Part shown: one piece after another, positions 24,246 through 26,974 of the stretch
Layout: every line of letters begins with the position of its first letter
Numbering within the stretch: the stretch's first letter is position 1
Source: Casimicrobiaceae bacterium
Lineage (GTDB): Bacteria; Pseudomonadota; Gammaproteobacteria; Burkholderiales; Casimicrobiaceae
Reading direction: 5' to 3'
Assembly: GCA_035466885.1 (NCBI GenBank)
Contig: DATIUK010000069.1
Location: 1-26,974 of the forward strand
Length of the DNA: 26,974 nt
Notes under the pieces: generated by a model
Seen by the model: the letters and a program-made list of their open reading frames with translations, nothing else
Databases searched by the model: none
Told to the model about the DNA's origin: nothing
Position numbers and translations under genes: made by a program

Positions 24246-26974
24246 ATGAGTCATTTCCTCGACCGCCTGACCTATTTCACCCGCGAAGCGCAGCCGTTCT
24301 CCGACGGCCACGGCGTGGTCACCCGCGAGGATCGCACCTGGGAGCGCGCCTACCGCGACCGCTGGGCGCACGACAAGATCGTGCGCTCGACGCACGGCGT
24401 CAACTGCACCGGTTCGTGCAGCTGGAAGATCTACGTCAAGGGCGGCGTGGTCACCTGGGAGACGCAACAGACCGACTACCCGCGCACGCGGCCGGACATG
24501 CCGAACCACGAGCCGCGCGGCTGCGCGCGCGGGGCTTCGTACTCCTGGTACATGTACAGCGCCAACCGGGTGAAGTACCCGCTGGTGCGCGGCCGGCTGG
24601 TGCGGCTGTGGCGCGAGGCGCGCCTCGCGCTGGGCCCGGTCGAGGCCTGGGCTTCGATCGTCGAGGACCCCGCGAAGGCCAAGTCCTACAAGTCGGTGCG
24701 CGGCATGGGCGGCTTCGTCCGCTCGTCCTGGGACGAAGTCAACGAGATCATCGCCGCCGCCAACGTCTACACGGTGAAGAAGCACGGGCCCGACCGCGTC
24801 GTCGGCTTTTCCCCGATCCCGGCGATGTCGATGGTGTCCTACGCCGCGGGCAGCCGCTACCTGTCGCTGATCGGCGGCGTGTGCATGAGCTTCTACGACT
24901 GGTACTGCGATCTGCCGCCGTCCTCGCCGCAGACCTGGGGCGAGCAGACCGACGTGCCCGAGTCGGCCGACTGGTACAACTCGACCTTCATCATGGCCTG
25001 GGGCTCGAACGTGCCGCAGACCCGCACCCCCGACGCGCACTTCTTCACCGAGGTCCGCTACAAGGGCGCGAAGATCGTCGCCGTGACCCCCGACTACTCC
25101 GAGGTCGCGAAGCTCGCCGACCTGTGGCTGCACCCGACGCAGGGCACCGACGCCGCGCTGGCGATGGCGATGGGGCACGTGATCCTGAAGGAATTCCACC
25201 TCGACCGCCCGTCGGCGTATTTCCAGGACTACTGCCGCCGCTACACCGACATGCCGATGCTGGTGAAGCTCGTCCGCCGCGGCCGGGAGCTCGTCGCCGA
25301 CCGGATGCTGCGCGCGTCCGACCTCGCCGGGGCCCTGGGCCAGCAGAACAACCCGGAGTGGAAGACCCTGGCCGTCGACGAGGCGAGCGGCAACCTCGTC
25401 TCGCCGCTGGGGACGATCGGCTATCGCTGGGGGCAGAAGGAGGGCGGCGACCTCGGCAAGTGGAACCTCGAGACCCGCGAGGGCGGCGGCGCCGACGTCC
25501 GGCTCCGGCTGACGCTGATCGACGCCCGCGACGACGTGCAGGCGGTCGCGTTCCCGTACTTCGGCGGCATCGAGCACGAGGTGTTCCGCAACAACGACCA
25601 GGGCGGCGACATCCTGCGCCGCAACGTCCCGGTGAAGAAGGTCGCGCTGGCCGACGGCGAGGCCTACGTGGCGACGGTGTTCGACCTCCTGTGCGCGAAC
25701 TACGGCATCGACCGCGGCCTTGGGGGCGACAACGTGGCCTCGTCCTACGACGCCGACGTGCCCTACACGCCCGCGTGGCAGCAGAAGATCACCGGCGTGC
25801 CGGCCGAGCAGGCGATCGCGGTCGCGCGCCAGTTCGCCGACAACGCCGACAAGACGCACGGCAAGTCGATGGTGATCATCGGCGCGGCGATGAACCACTG
25901 GTACCACTCGGACATGAACTACCGCAGCATCATCAACATGCTGATGATGTGCGGCACCGTCGGCCAGTCCGGCGGCGGCTGGGCGCACTACGTCGGGCAG
26001 GAGAAGCTGCGGCCGCAGACCGGCTGGACCGCGCTCGCGTTCGCGCTCGACTGGCACCGGCCGCCGCGGCAGATGAACTCGACGTCGTTCTTCTACGCGC
26101 ACACCGACCAGTGGCGCTACGAGAAGCTCGAGGTCAAGGAGATCCTCTCGCCGCTCGCCGACCCGAACGAGTACACCGGCAGCCTGATCGACTTCAACGC
26201 CCGCGCCGAGCGGATGGGCTGGCTGCCGAGCGCGCCGCAGCTCGAGACCAACCCGATCGCCGTCTGCCGGGCGGCGGCCGGTGCCGGCGTCGATCCGAAG
26301 GAATACGCGGTCAGCCAGCTGAAGAGCGGCGCGCTGCGATTGTCCTGCGAGGATCCCGACAACCCGGCGAACTTCCCGCGCAATCTCTTCATCTGGCGCT
26401 CGAACCTGCTCGGCAGCTCCGGCAAGGGGCACGAGTACTTCCTCAAGCACCTGCTCGGCACCCGGCACGGCGTCCAGGGCAAGGACCTCGGCGGCTTCGG
26501 CGGCCAGAAGCCCGAGGAGGTGGTCTGGCGCGACGAGGCGCCCGAGGGCAAGCTCGACCTCCTGACCACGCTCGACTTCCGGATGTCGACGACCTGCATG
26601 TACTCGGACATCGTGCTGCCGACGGCGACCTGGTACGAGAAGAACGACCTCAACACCTCGGACATGCACCCGTTCATCCACCCGCTGTCGGCGGCGGTGG
26701 ACCCGGCGTGGGAGGCGCGGAGCGACTGGGAGATCTACAAGGGCATCGCCAGGAAGTTCTCCGAGGTCTGCGTCGGGCACCTCGGCGTCGAGCGCGAGCT
26801 CGTGCTGACGCCGACGCTGCACGACACGCCGAGCGAGCTCGCGCAGGCGCTCGAGGTCCGCGACTGGAAGAAGGGGCAGTGCGAGCTCATCCCCGGCAAG
26901 ACGGCACCGCAGATGACCGTCGTCGAGCGCGACTACCCCAACACCTACCGCAAGTTCACGGCGCTGGGGCCGCT
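24246..26974 (+). CDS. narG: Respiratory nitrate reductase alpha subunit, truncated by the window end
   Basis: ATG 24246 with SD GGGAG. MSHFLDRL.., FS0 motif HGVNCTGSC..GC, Mo-ligand region FYDWYCDLPP, GWAHYVGQEKLRP. No Tat signal. The frame is open to the end of the window, so it is absent from the ORF track. Confidence 0.98.
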   Translation, partial: MSHFLDRLTYFTREAQPFSDGHGVVTREDRTWERAYRDRWAHDKIVRSTHGVNCTGSCSWKIYVKGGVVTWETQQTDYPRTRPDMPNHEPRGCARGASYSWYMYSANRVKYPLVRGRLVRLWREARLALGPVEAWASIVEDPAKAKSYKSVRGMGGFVRSSWDEVNEIIAAANVYTVKKHGPDRVVGFSPIPAMSMVSYAAGSRYLSLIGGVCMSFYDWYCDLPPSSPQTWGEQTDVPESADWYNSTFIMAWGSNVPQTRTPDAHFFTEVRYKGAKIVAVTPDYSEVAKLADLWLHPTQGTDAALAMAMGHVILKEFHLDRPSAYFQDYCRRYTDMPMLVKLVRRGRELVADRMLRASDLAGALGQQNNPEWKTLAVDEASGNLVSPLGTIGYRWGQKEGGDLGKWNLETREGGGADVRLRLTLIDARDDVQAVAFPYFGGIEHEVFRNNDQGGDILRRNVPVKKVALADGEAYVATVFDLLCANYGIDRGLGGDNVASSYDADVPYTPAWQQKITGVPAEQAIAVARQFADNADKTHGKSMVIIGAAMNHWYHSDMNYRSIINMLMMCGTVGQSGGGWAHYVGQEKLRPQTGWTALAFALDWHRPPRQMNSTSFFYAHTDQWRYEKLEVKEILSPLADPNEYTGSLIDFNARAERMGWLPSAPQLETNPIAVCRAAAGAGVDPKEYAVSQLKSGALRLSCEDPDNPANFPRNLFIWRSNLLGSSGKGHEYFLKHLLGTRHGVQGKDLGGFGGQKPEEVVWRDEAPEGKLDLLTTLDFRMSTTCMYSDIVLPTATWYEKNDLNTSDMHPFIHPLSAAVDPAWEARSDWEIYKGIARKFSEVCVGHLGVERELVLTPTLHDTPSELAQALEVRDWKKGQCELIPGKTAPQMTVVERDYPNTYRKFTALGP

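Noticed and set aside
24246-26974. NarG as a periplasmic or divergent Mo enzyme (NxrA, PcrA, pNar)
   Set aside because: There is no twin-arginine signal, the N-terminus is canonical MSHFLDRL, and the narXL/narK context fits standard cytoplasm-facing NarG. I saw no insertion or frameshift.

Overview
High-GC (roughly 70% by eye) chromosomal segment, most likely from a denitrifying betaproteobacterium (inferred from gene content and protein style). From left to right it holds: (1) the C-terminal end of a SpoIIE/PP2C phosphatase converging on a FecR-domain + OmpA-lipoprotein gene pair, with a divergent exported helical protein; (2) a minus-strand SDR -> GH88-like hydrolase -> TehA/SLAC1 channel cluster; (3) a yejABEF-type peptide ABC transporter; (4) a large periplasmic-SBP/4xPAS/GGDEF/EAL protein preceded by a near-perfect AT-rich PsrA-like palindrome; (5) a 52-aa small membrane protein; (6) a respiratory nitrate reductase locus: narX, narL, a membrane-anchored SAM methyltransferase, three different narK transporters, and narG running off the right edge. 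I saw no rRNA, tRNA, CRISPR array or mobile element. The long antisense ORFs in the track are high-GC shadows. The best leads are the FecR/OmpA/PP2C envelope-signalling module, the AirS-like 4-Cys GAF motif in NarX (with no FNR box at the nar promoter), the SDR-GH88-TehA cluster, the PsrA-like operator on a c-di-GMP enzyme, and the triple NarK array.
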